A DNA stretch of 58,534 bases, counting the filler, from Dugesia japonica (lineage: Eukaryota), in the NCBI GenBank assembly GCA_001938525.1. It is 5 parts of 5 records of this genome, joined end to end, with 100 filler letters (N's around TTAATTAATTAA, not from the genome) between each part and the next. Parts side by side here need not be neighbours in the genome. Positions count along the whole stretch, not along the records: positions 29,774 to 44,687 come from MQRL01632805.1; positions 44,788 to 58,534 come from MQRL01585045.1; 3 more parts are not named here. One strand, given 5' to 3'. Both the position numbers and the translations under genes were made by a program. Positions 38,910 through 52,254 of the stretch are shown here, one piece after another. Below the pieces are notes generated by a model that did not search any database, had not been told where the DNA came from, and worked only from the letters and a program-made list of their open reading frames with translations. Positions within the stretch are counted from its first letter, which is position 1, and each line of letters starts with the position of its first letter.

Positions 38910-40342
38910 AAATAACTAGAATGCCGATATCTAAAATTAATTGTAAGTTCCGGTTAAACAAATCACCTCTGTTATATCCAAACTCATGAACAAATTTAGG
39001 ATAAACCAAAGTAGTTAGATAAGTCAGCATGACATCACTAATCTTATTGGTCAAAACTAACCTCACCTACCTTGCCAATCGATATATTGATTACCGAACT
39101 TATTAATTTCGGATATGATGGATTGAATTTTATTTTTTGATCGGATNNNNNNNNNNNNNNNNNNNNNNNNNNNNNNNNNNNNNNNNNNNNNNNNNNTTTT
39201 GATCGAAGCTTTTATTTGAAATAAATTCTAAAAAACGATCAATGGTTACGAATAACAATTATTCTTGCAAATATTGCAATTGTAAAATAACTAGAATGTC
39301 GATATCTAAAATTAATTGTAAGTTCCGGTTAAACAAATCACCTCTGTTATATCCAAACTCAAATTTAGGATAAACCAAATTAGTTAGATAAGTCAGCATG
39401 ACATCACTAATCTTATTGGTCACTAACCTCGCCTACCCTGCCAATCGATATATTGATTACCGAACTTATTAATTTCGGATATGATGGATTGAATTTTATT
39501 TTTTGATCGGATCAAATTTTCGGATCAGATATATATCGAATTTTTTTAAATTTATGGGAGAATTTTGTGGAAATTTTAAATTTTGTTTTAATTTTAAAAT
39601 GTTTTATCTAAAAAGCAAGTTCACATTTATGTGCAACTTTTGGCTGCTTTTGTGTTAAGATAGTGTAGGTGAAAATTTGAGTGCACTTTTTTGGTGCTAG
39701 TGTGTACATATATTGAAAAACGAAATTTGTAAAATATTGTGTGTTAGAGTGTGTAGATCATTGATTGTTGATTTTGAGACTGAATTTCATTGATCCCTAG
39801 AAATTGCTAAAGGTAAATATGGGCTGAAATGAGCCTGAGAGTTACAGACTTAGGTCAGCATCACTCCACAGTTATCAGTTATTGAGCATTTGGGTTAAAA
39901 AGAGCGTGGTATTCTGGATTTGTGTTGGATTTGAAGAAATTTGGGCTTCTTAAAGAGTAAGAGTCGGAGTAGGTGAAATTGGTGTGTTTGGGTTGGTTTT
40001 TGTCTAGAAATTTTATAATGGTTGATTGTGAAGGGTTGGTAAGTAGTGTGTGTTGATAAAAAAAATTTTGAAAATTATTTTTATCGATTAATTTTTTAGG
40101 GTAGAGGGAAGAATAGAGAATTTGAAAAAGTAAGGCTTATATTTTTTCAGTGTGTGTGTGAATTTTAGAAAATCATGGTTTTTAAAAGACGGAAGAGTAT
40201 TTTTAGATTTTTGTTCGAGCAGTTTAGAGACCTTTGTTTCGGGCTGTCTAGAGATTATTTGTTCAGGCTGTCCAAAGATGTCTTTTGCAAAAGTGAGATG
40301 TATCTATATTTTAGTGGTTCGGGCAGTTAGGTCCTTAGAATA

Positions 40343-40740
40343 GACCATAAAGCTATCGCTTTTATGCTAAATACCAAGAAATCGATCACATCAAAGTTTC
40401 AAATTTAGATTAATAAGTTTAGATATAAAATTAAAATATAGAAAAGAATCGCTTCATACAAATGCAGATATACTTAAAGGAGTAAATGCGATACATGTGT
40501 ACAATGTCTAATGCCACATAAAGATCCAAGAGTAGGAAATAAGAAACAAGGATGTTAGATATAGTAGATATGCAAGAGAAACAAATTAATCCTAGAGAAA
40601 ATGATGAAGAAACGTGGATATATAATTATAAAATAGAAGAGGTTATTATGAGGATACACCATCTATTATGTTATGCTAGAGCAGCAAAAGTAACAGCGTA
40701 TATGAAGCATAAATATAACGCTTAACATTTGTGGAGCACC
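40343..40740 (+). pseudogene. Gypsy RNase H/integrase linker fragment (element D)
   Basis: DHKAIAFMLNTKKSITSKFQI; KCDTCVQCLMPHKD; IMRIHHLLCY. Confidence 0.7.
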
Positions 40741-40771
40741 TTCAGTTGCCTTCAAATTATTTATTCGACCG

Positions 40772-43700
40772 AGGTAAAAAACTTGAACCTTCCATAATTA
40801 TTTATTTAAAACAAAGACTATTTATTAATACGGAATTATTTAAACAAATAATATCATTTAAAATGAACAAATGTAAATCTTATTATCATTTTCTAAAAAA
40901 TGTATAACTGCTCTCTCTCTCTTTTTTATTTTGATTTTCAATTTTCTTTAGCCATTCAAGTCTTTTCAGCTTAAGCTGTCCTGCATAATCTATAAGCACC
41001 TGATGTTGGCTTACGAATTTACTAATTTTGTAAGAACCCTCATACCTGAAACCTTATTTCTTTAACCTGTGTGGTTCTACTTTCACTATTACCTATTCAC
41101 CTTATTCAAAATGTCTAGGCGTTCATTTTTCACATTCGTATTTGCTAATATTTGAGCTACTTTCTGTAAACTTTCATCTGACAGTTTTTTCATTTCTTCC
41201 TGTATCAGATTTCTTTCTTGTGGTAATCTGCGTAAGAATATCCTTATTCCAAAGATAATTTCAAAAGAAGATAGAACCGTTAAATTTTGTTGTGTTGCAT
41301 TTATTACAAACTGAATTCATGGAAGTAATTTGTCCCAACCTGATTCAGTGCAGCCGTTTTTTATCGTAGTTACCATCATATCTCGAAGTGTTCTAATACT
41401 TTTTTCTGCTAAACCATTTGATTGATGTTAATATGGGATCAAAAATTCTTGTTGAATCTCAAACTTTTCTGCAAGTTACCGCATTAACTTTCCTTCAAAA
41501 AATATCTTTTGTTCTGTCGGTCAAAAATGATTTTGGCTTACCAAAACGATATATCCAGTTTTACTTTATTGCCTCAACTTCCGAAGTTTCATCCTGTTTA
41601 CTTAACGCTCCCAATGACACTAACTTACTATCCCTGTCAACCATGATGAGAACATATTTCNTTTTGGTTTTTACTTCTGGAAAGTAAGCGAAATCTATTA
41701 GAACCTGTTCTAGTGGTCCGAATTTAGGTCTTGGAATTAGAAATTCCTTTATTCGCCCAGTGTATGTTTTAAGAATGTTACATATCATACATTGTTTTAG
41801 TTGATGTTCTACATTTCTTTGCATATTTGGCCAAAAATAACTTACACACAAATGCTCCGTCAGTTTTTGGACTTCCACATGACATAATTCATCGTGTATA
41901 AAATCTATGAGGTTGAATATCTGGAACTGGAAACAAATAAATCTCTGTAATTGAAATCAATTCTCTAAAATCAAGACATATTCTTATCGTTCCAGCTTTC
42001 TTTAGTACAATTACCAACAGAAAATTCCATGGACTTCTGTAACTTCTTATAATATTTGATTNNNNNNNNNNNNNNNNNNNNNNNNNNNNNNNNNNNNNNN
42101 NNNNNNNNNNNACTAACAATTCATCTATTTTATTTTCCAAGTGCATTGGCTGTCTTCTCGGGTTTATAATTATCGGAGGTCATATTGTTTCAATTAGTTT
42201 CGTATAAACAAGATCAAATTTTGATGACATAAATATATTTTTGTAAGTTTCTCTTACTTCTTGACTGACATTATTTGAACTATTAAAGTCATTTTTCACT
42301 TTTTCTGTATTATCTGTAAATAGATTTCCATCGTTGGAATTAATAAAATAAACTTCAGTGATTTTCATTCCGAAGAGCTTCATAATATTAATACCTCCGA
42401 TAAAGTTGACAAATATTTCTGAAAATTATTTCTTCTTTCTCTCTTAGCTTCCTATTCCATTGTAATTTCAGTTTAGTTTTCCCGATAAATTTTTCTCCTT
42501 TTTCAGAAAACACTTCTGCTAGAACAATGTGTGACAAAGATAGATCAGGTGATCAAATTCTTCTCCACACATCCACACTCATGATTAATATTGTTGCTCC
42601 TGAATCCCATAACATCTCAATGTCATATTCATTACAACCCATAAAACTTCGTTCTCTTCGATCTCTCTTCTGAAACATCTTATCATCGTACATCAATTTA
42701 TCATCTCGGAGTATTTTCTCTGTTATTGCAACCTCACTGAGGAGATGGATGCAGTGGGTTGCTGATGGTTTTTTTTATCATCATCGTTTAAAGAAATATC
42801 TTGCATATACTCAATTTGTTCACCACTGTAAGATAATACATCATCTTCTTTTGCAATACATAATATCTTCGAAAATGTAGAATTTCTCTTTCGAATTCAT
42901 GAACAATCTCGAAAATTATGACCTTCTTTTCTATATATCAAACATTTGTATTTTAATTGACAATTCATTCTTCTATGTCTTGTATCTCCACAGAAGAAAC
43001 ATGGTCCTGGTACTAAAACGTGTTCGCGCGGAGGATTCTTTCTTTTGGCTTTACAATAAACCTTATTGGCTATACACTTCATCGAGTATCAAGTAAAACT
43101 ATTGTTTTGGGCCCGTCCTTGGATCTGAATTTTATTTGCACAATACTGATTCTCTTTGAAAACAATTGGTCGACTTCTTGTACTTGGATCGTTTGAGTAT
43201 TCATTCGTGGATAAGGTTTTGAAAACTTTCACTGATACTCATTTTTCTTCACTGTATTTGCATAGCTGTTTTTTACCACATTAACAGAATATACCGGTAT
43301 CAATTTATNNNNNNNNNNNNNNNNNNNNNNNNNNNNNNNNNNNNNNNNNNNNNNNNNNNNNNNNNNNNNNNNNNNNNNNNNNNNNNNNNNNNNNNNNNNN
43401 NNNNNNNNNNNNNNNNNNNNNNNNNNNNNNNNNNNNNNNNNNNNNNNNNNNNNNNNNNNNNNNNNNNNNNNNNNNNNNNNNNNNNNNNNNNNNNNNNNNN
43501 NNNNACATTTTTTAATCTTCGACAAAAGTGCTATTTTATCCACCAATGTCTCTGAAATTACAAATGATTCACGAAACCACTTTTTATAGACCTCATTCGT
43601 CAAAATTACATCTTCCTTGCATTTCTCGTCTCATTAACTAATCAAACACGAATGATAGCTCCATTTGATTAAACACAGCAAATTCGCTGGTCGTTTGAAT

Positions 43701-43984
43701 CCAATTATCAGTTACTTCAGATGAACCCTCGAAAAAACTTGGTTTTGGGATAAGTAATTCTTGTGTTGTAGATGACAGCTTTGCAAATTTTTTTGGCTAT
43801 CATCTTTTTCTTTTTTCGTCAGTACGCTTATTTTGGCATGGTCGTCAGTTACAAGACTTGAACTTTCCATAATTATTTATTTAAAACAAAAACTATTTAT
43901 TAATAATGAATTATTTAAACAAATAATATAATTTAATATTAACAAATTTAAATCTTAATATTATTTTATAAATGATATATAACT
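40772..43984 (-). mobile_element. Gypsy element C, related to A, with 138-bp LTRs and an internal deletion of most of RT/RNase H
   Basis: LTR pair 43847-43984 and 40772-40909; PBS TGACGACCATGCC; PPT (40910-40927, GA-rich on minus strand); gag CFFCGDTRHRRMNC; protease MLWDSGA; RT start IRICLDFREL...FPVPDI jumps at ~41880 to the integrase HHCC region. Confidence 0.92.
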
Positions 43985-46401
43985 GATCAGATGCCAATTC
44001 TCGAATCTAGTAATAAATGTTCGCTTAGATTGAACTTTGTACCATATACATCTTGAAGTTGATTCATAATTTCCTTCTTACCAGTTCCCTTGATGAGAAA
44101 AAATCGAGTCACACTACAAAATTCAAAAATATCGAACATTTTTTTGAATTATTCTTATCTAGTGCAACAAAAATTAGCATATTAAAACAAATCGTACATT
44201 TCATACCTTTATATGCTTGTTATTTTACGTGCAAAATTTTATTTAAATATATTCAATATTTCTGAGTGTCTAAGAACATTTTAGCCTTACCACCTATATT
44301 TAGTAATTCATATACGTGTCGATAATAATAATTAGTATTATTTAATAAGGTAAGCAATAAACAATTAATTTATTTGACAAAATCAAATATATAAATATCA
44401 ATTCTCACATCTTTGTCAACAATTAAATATTCGCTTCAATTACTTGTTGTATATAATCAATGATTTACCTCTAAATAACAGAGTTAGGAGACCAGCTAAA
44501 ATTAGAAATTTATTATTATAATTGAATTTGTAAACAGTTCAAATAGATATGATGATAACTGTTTGTTTTGTGTAATATGTTTAGATTCAATACTATTAAA
44601 TTTAACAATAGATTTTAAATTTTGAATTTATGGTTTTCGTTAATGATTGTTGAATTTGAAATATTAATGTTAAAAACATATGGTAATNNNNNNNNNNNNN
44701 NNNNNNNNNNNNNNNNNNNNNNNNNNNNNNNTTAATTAATTAANNNNNNNNNNNNNNNNNNNNNNNNNNNNNNNNNNNNNNNNNNNNAAGCACAACATTT
44801 GGATTGTGGATTCTTTAGTTGAAATTAACGATTTGAGGAGTCCACCATTACTGTTTCTTCTGGAGTCGGAAATCGTTACACTATGAATTAATGAAAAAAA
44901 ATCACCTTTGTGAAAGTAGAATTTTTTCCGATCAACTCTATATTTGTCTGGTTAAAAGTGTTGTCTTTTGTGAAATTTTCATCGGTATTTATACCGGTTT
45001 TTCTACACCCCCGTTTATTTTATTGGTGGTTATAAATTCTCGACACTTTTATTGGCCAGATGATCACATGCTTTCTTTTCATTGGCGGTTATTTTTGGAC
45101 TTCGAAATTATTGGTCAACCTTCAAACCCTTATAACTTTTTTTCTTTCCTTGCAATGATTTTCTAAGTTTGATTTTGAATTCACCGAATTTTTCTCGACC
45201 AGAATGTTCTAGATTGATAGTTTTGGCACCACTAGAAGTCCTACTTTTCTTAGTTTTTCGTAGAAAATTTAATTTTCTATTTAAAATAAATCATTTTAAT
45301 TCTTATGATATATTTTATTTAAATAAAATAAATTATTTATTTTATTTTCGTTGTGCATCTTAACTAAGTGCTCATTTCTTTGTTCTTTCTGATTTATTTA
45401 ATTTAGTTTCATTGTTTTTCTTCTGTTAATGAATTAATTTAGTTAATTCTTTCTTTCTTCCAGTATAATTCGATGTGATTTTCTTGATATTGCCTACTGA
45501 ATTGATGGTTAATCATTAGTTTTTTTGTCGTCCTGTCACAGTTTCTATTACTTTTTCTTCTTTGGTTTACTTATTTTTGAATTGTTTCTTGCAGTGATTT
45601 CGGTGATTTCGTTGGTTTTGATTACCAATCTTGATTTTCCTTTTCATTATTTCCCTCTTTTCAATTATTGAATCAGTTCGTTGGCCATCGTTTATTATTT
45701 TCGTTGTTCGGATTACCGCTTCTTGACTTCGTTGGCTTTTTTATTTCCTCGTTATCTCCTGTTGAAGTTCTAGTTTTTTCATCCTTCGCACGAGCTTATA
45801 AAAAAAATATTTATAAAATTTAATTTTGTACTTAAAAATGTAGAATTACATCTAAATTGTTAACAACAAATCGTATATTACCCACCTCTTTCACTAAGAA
45901 TAAATTTAAATGGGAAATAAAAATTATGAAGCAAACAAATTATTGAATAGTATAATTTTTAATTAATGAAACGTTAATATTTGTATTAATTCTAAAACCA
46001 GCAATTTTTAAACGCATGTGATTCATTTCGATTTTACAATCATAGTGAAACTTTTATTTCAAATTGGACTAAAAAGAAATGTCTAATTTTGATCAAAATC
46101 TGTGATATTTGTAAAATAAATATTGAAATAATTTTGAAAAATTTAAGTGCGGATAAATTTAAAGTAGATTTACTAGGCGGTATTCTCTTTGTGATAAAAA
46201 AAATCTTTTGATGTATTTTGTGATAAAATAATTCATGATTTTTTAGAATATTTTTTTAATTTACAAATTATTTTCTTTTCTTTCTGTTTTAAATTTTTCC
46301 TAATATAATAATTTTATCAATAAATAACCATTAAATTATGAATTCAATTAATTTTTAATTGATTTAATACTTATAATATTTNNNNNCAATTTATTTTTAT
46401 T

Positions 46402-46668
46402 AATTCATTTAATATAAAAGGTTTGATCAACGTTTTGGTTTTTATTATTGATATTGGATAACAATTCGGTATTTCCACCTTGTCTTTGTCAGGAATTGAC
46501 ATATTACAAAGTCAATTCCTGACGAAGACAAGGTGGAAATACCGAATTGTTATCAAATATCAATAAAAAAACCAAAATTTTGATCAAAGCTTTTCTATTA
46601 AATGAATTCTGTAAAACAATCAATGATTAAGTCCAACAATTATTCTCCCAATAATTGCAATTGTTAAA
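46402..46668 (+). mobile_element. Best-preserved palindromic hammerhead insertion (two ~99-bp arms, 10-bp spacer, 60-bp tail)
   Basis: Arms 46402-46500 and 46511-46608; hammerhead 46513-46549 CAATTC-CTGACGA-A-GAC-AAG-GTG-GAAA-TA-CC-GAATTG; AT-rich flanking duplication CAATT(T)ATTTTTATTAA. Confidence 0.9.
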
Positions 46669-47820
46669 CAATTATTTTTATTAAATTATATTTATTATTA
46701 ATTTCCCATGAATTACAACAATGATTAAGATAGGTCTCCAAACAGAAATATGACAGTCTTTATCAAATTAGATTTAAGTTTATATAACTACTAAAATCTT
46801 ATTTGGACGTAGCCTAAAGTAGGTCACACAGAATTGTTGCATATTAAATGTAACCATTTTAAATCTATTTGCAAAGATTTCACTATTACTAATCACTCAC
46901 GTTAAACTTTTGTTTAAATTTTTATTAAAATAAAAAATTAATTTCCGCAATTCAGTGGAAAATGTTGATTAAAATCAGTTTCATCCAAAGAAAATTTAGT
47001 TTTCATCAATTATTCACAATATTCCCGATGCATAAATAGATGACTCTTAAAATTCATTTTTTCTTCAGTGTTTCCCTCGACAGGAACTATTGATAATTTT
47101 TTTCGTGTATATTTTATTTTTTTATATGTTGGGATTCAGCAAGTACACAGTACATACACAAGCATCAAACATACAATATTACATACACACATTTACATAC
47201 TCAAACAATCTAGCATACGAAAAAATTCCAAAACCTCAACATCAAATATTCCATTTAACACGCGATATCCAAAGAGTTAAACAATCGATATTCAGCAAGC
47301 CAATTAAATATGATTGCATGTAATGGAAAATAGTATAAATACCGAACAAATTTATTAAATTGTTAGACAAATTTATTTCTTGGGACACTGAGGTCTTACA
47401 AAAGTATGTACCCATTAAATTAAAATCAGTTAACAAGGTCTTAAGTATAAGTGTTATTATCTGTATACATCAAAATTTAATTTTTTTAAAGGTTGCGTAT
47501 TATTTATTATATAGGATAACCTACACATTGCAGTATTTAAAAATTTGCTTAATTATATTGAATTATACATAATTGTAATAATATACAAATATAATTTTTC
47601 ATTTTCATATAATATCAATGAACACCAATTAATATGTCATATTAATTTTCGACAGACACTTTAATTATGTTTAGTTATCTTTAGTATTGATATAAATCCG
47701 CAAACAATCGAACCACAAAATATCTTTTGTTGAGTAAAGTACCCAACATATATTTCTCAATACCGCTGATTGTGTACCTATATTATTATTTCTATCCACA
47801 ACATTTATTTAAATTCAAAA

Positions 47821-48080
47821 TTAATCAAGTTCGTCAATATCTCGATCAGTTCTACCATCTAAAGTTAGTTTTTCAGAGAGCATATCAAATGGCATTCCTG
47901 ATGGTAAGCCAGATCCATAGATTTTACTCATAACTGGTTTACAAATATTTTCCAACTCTCTCATTTGATGATTAATTCTTCTTTGGATGCTGATTGGTAT
48001 TTGTCCAACCATGCAACAATTTCACTACACTTATCAAAAACAGATTGCTTTTCTTCCGCAGTGAATTTGTCTTTCGGCGT
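47821..48080 (-). pseudogene. hsp70: HSP70 C-terminal lid/tail fragment with one frameshift
   Basis: KDKFTAEEKQSVFDKCSEIVAWLDKYQSASKEE/NHQMRELENICKPVMSKIYGSGLPSGMP...DIDELD*; collinear with the cytosolic HSP70 C-terminus; no ATPase domain upstream. Confidence 0.85.
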
Positions 48081-48109
48081 TGTATTTTTAAATCAAATAG
48101 TCACTTTTA

Positions 48110-49960
48110 AAACAACTGATAAGAAAGCTCATATAAAAGAATATAACTACTCTATAAAAACCCATGATTACCTTATAAAATATATAATTACCATATTAAA
48201 CCAGATAAAAGCATAATAAGAACATATAAAACCCTATATTTACTCTATAAAATCTTATAATTCCTATAAAATCCATATAAAAAGCAATATAATAAAATAT
48301 TAAACCATTTAAATACCTTATAGAAACATATAAAACCCTATTAAAAGATATAGAAATCCATCAATCATGTATTATAACCATATAATTACTTAATAAAACA
48401 TATAATAACCATATATTTACCTTATAAAACTTATAATGACTCTATAATTACATTAGAAAACAATGTTACAACCATATAAGTCCGACATAAATACCTTATA
48501 AAATACCCTATATAATTACCTTATTAAACCATACAAAACCCTATTAAACCATAGAAAACCATATAAAAACATATCAACCATATAAGACTCTATTAAACTC
48601 ATAAATTCACCATATAATGTTTGTATGAAACTCTATAGTTACCCTGTAAATCTCTACAAAATTACATAAAAACTTTATTTCTGCTTAGTAATCGAGCTTT
48701 TGTATACTTACATTCTTACTTGCAAACCTATAATGTCTTTGTTCACTTGCACAAGTATGACTCATGGTCCTTGTTCTAGTTGCAATCGTGTTGCAGTGTC
48801 TTTCTTTGACAGTGTTGTATAGGTATGATTCATGGTTTGTTGTGCGTGAATTGTTTCTTATACATGTATATGTTTCATTTTGTGCGTATATTATTCATTA
48901 TGCATGTGTGTGTATGTATTAGTTGTTTATTATGTGATTAAAACCTATTATAAAATCGTTAATACTTAATTAGATTTTATAAAACCTTATTAAACTATAT
49001 AAAGCCCAAATAAACCTTATAAAAACCCTATAACATCGTAAAAAGCTTCTAGAGAAACACTATGAATACTATATAAAACCCTATATTAGTTTACAAAACC
49101 CTATAAGATCTCATAAAAATCCTCATAAATCTCTATAAAAAACACTATAGACACCCTACAACACCTTATACAAAAATATATATCTCTCAAAATTATATAA
49201 ATACATAATAAAACAAATAAATAGTCTATTAAACATTATAAAATCATACAAAACCTAGAAAATCACAAAACACCTGGTAAAACGTAAATATTTCTCAAGT
49301 AACATTGATATTAATATTACTAAGAGGGTATTAAAGTTAATATAGTCCAGAAGATATAAGCGTTAAAAAAAATTTTTTTTCCAAAATAAAATTTCGAAAT
49401 AAAAAAAAGTTTCTAAACAAAAAAAATAATTTCAAGAAAAAAATATTTTTCAAATAAAATAAAATTTAAAAAAAATTGTTCAAAAAAAATCAAAATAAGA
49501 ACAAAATAGTTTTACTATTCCTACAAAAATCAATCATTTATTAAAACCAAAAAAAATTAAAACAAAATGTAACTATAATAAGGAAGATGCAACTATAAAA
49601 TGGAAAATGCCACACGAAATCAACTATAACAAGAAAAATGCAACACGAAAGCAACTGAAGCAAGAAAAAATGCAACATAAATTCAATTATAATCAGAAAA
49701 TGCAACATTAATGCAACTATAAGGAATGTAACTATAACAACAAAAATGCAACAAGAAAGCAACTAAAACAAGGGAAATGCAACACGATTCAAATAAGCAA
49801 AGAACATGAGTCATATTTGTGCAACAAGAATGCAATGGAAACAATGAAAACGCACGATAAATCAAAGTTTTAATATGGTTTCTTTATAATTTTATGTGAT
49901 TTTTAAAGTTATCTATATAGTATTATAGAGTTTTATAAAGTTTTTTATGTTTTTAAAGTT
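48110..49960. repeat. Low-complexity minisatellite region (AAAACCCTATA-like and ATGCAAC-like units) with long imperfect inverted arrangement
   Basis: Degenerate short units; 48744-48795 is the reverse complement of ~49777-49828. Confidence 0.6.
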
Positions 49961-52254
49961 CATAAGTTTTTAATTAATAAATTTTTTTTAATTTTTGATT
50001 AGCATATAAAATTAAAAACGACTGATAATTAATTATTATTATAAAGAAATTATTTATTTATTTTGGTTTAACTGAGCTTAATAAATAAAATGGTAGATTT
50101 ACTTGAAAAATCCATAATTCCTTATTATTTCATAATTCAGTTACAAAGTAAGTGACTAGTTATTCGTTAATTTATTTGATTGTTTTTTTTATTTTAGATC
50201 TAAACAAAATGAATTAAAAGACAAATATTTCAACAAACATGACGAGAAGCTTTAACATGTTAAGTTTATTTAATTAATTTATTGTTATTGATTTATATTT
50301 TAGACTGAAAAAATAAATGATGTGTCTAAGGAACTTGATGACAATATGACAAAGGAATTTATGAAAATTTGTTAGATTTATTAAGATTAAGTTTTAGGTT
50401 AATGACTTTCTTTAATAATTATAAGTTAATGATTTTATTTTAATAATTTTAAGTTAATGATTTTATTTTAAATTGATTTTAATTTCATTTCAATTTTTTT
50501 TGTAATGATTTTATTTACATTGTTAAGTTAACTATCATTATAATTTTTATTGTAATGATTTAAACTTTACATAATATTATCAAATTTTAACTTAATAGTT
50601 TTTACTTAATTTAATGATTTTAATTGAACTCAGTGATTTAACGTAATTATATAACTTATTTATTATGAAAAGAAGCACATTTACAAGTAATTTATTTTGT
50701 TATTTAAAGTAATTTATATGTACTATTAAAATCTAATTTACAATTAAGATTCAGATTTAAATAAATGTACATATTGACTGTGATTATCTATGTTTTATCA
50801 ACAATAAATTTTATATTTTGATTAGTATTTTTATTTGTCTTTTATATATTATTATTAATTTTGTCTAAGAAGCATCTAATCTTAATGTTACATGGGGAAC
50901 ATTCATTTCAAAATTGGAAAAATTAAACAAAATAGGTTTTATCATCGATTTTCTGTGAAAAATACATAAACTTCATTAAATCAGTTAACTTAAATTAAAA
51001 TCTCAAAAATCCGTAAATTTAAACAAAAATCGTTAATTTCACTTAATTTAAACAAAAGAAATTACCTTGACCTTAAAACCCTATGATGACCTCATTAGAA
51101 TATATCGATGACTCATCAAAAGTTGAGACCAGTTGGCCTTAAAGATTTTGACCAATCAAAACGTTTAACACTTGACCTTAAAATTTCGGCCAATTAAAAC
51201 GCTAAAATTCGAAGCCAGTAAAACCTTTGTACCTGGGGAGGAGGGTGGCCCCGTGCGCTTCTATCCATTTACTAACAAGATAATTAATACGACTATGGTC
51301 ATCGAATTCTTTACAGAATTTAATATATAAGTTTTAGGAATATGTAAATAATCAATAGATTTTCTTCTTTCAGAATATCCACTACAAAATAACACAAATT
51401 ATTCAAAGCAGCAATGGATAAAATATAAAAAATACTAAAAGATTAATAATTAAATTGATAAATAAATTATTATGAATAAATATCCCGTTTGAATTCTTAC
51501 ACAGGTTACTTAAAAGTCCTACAAATATCAATAACAAGTATAAAAATTTCTGTTTATAACCAAGATATAATTAATAAAATTTATTGTTTATTATCGAAAT
51601 AATAATTAACAAACTGATTATCACAGTAAAATGACAAAATAATAACTTATCCACCTGAAAAATCTAGCTTCAAAACAATGTTTGAAAATTTTCGAACTAA
51701 GTAAAAGATAGAAGGTTTATAATTTTTTCAAAAATCCCTAATATTAAAGAAACTCAAATATATTACAACTAATTGTTTTACCAATATTCGAGTAGCAGTA
51801 ATGGATAAGAATATTAAAATACCACGAAATAGTCATCGTTAACGCAGTTTTGGTGAAGAAAATTGATTGTGAGCTTTATTTAAATCTAACCCTTATGCAG
51901 AACGTCGATGGTTGATGTACAGTATCCACTTTTCTTTGTATATCACAATCCAATAAAAGAACGATTAGTTTTTTATGTGCAAAAGTAATATTTACGAAAC
52001 TTCTAAACGACGATTTTCAAGTTCTCTACACATATTCATCAATTTGTAAAGCTTTTAATATTTTCCTTTTCAAAAGTAACTTTACCAGCTTTGTTTTGAC
52101 TAAAATCATTATTGGTTTGTTTCTTATTTCCCTTCCACTTTTTTATTTTATTAAAATAATTAAATTGATCAAATTGATTCATTTTGTTTTAATTAAAACT
52201 AAATTTTTAATAATTTTTCCAATTATATTTTCATTATGTTATAATTGGCTGCGT

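Noticed and set aside
37937-39512. Tandem duplications 37937-38313/38364-38742 and 38822-39146/39197-39512
   Set aside because: Each pair flanks a 50-N gap and differs by only a few SNPs/indels; most likely overlapping haplotypes left unmerged by scaffolding
44830-45800. Lysine/glutamate-rich minus-strand stretch as a gene
   Set aside because: Purine-biased but all frames are broken and no recognisable motif was found
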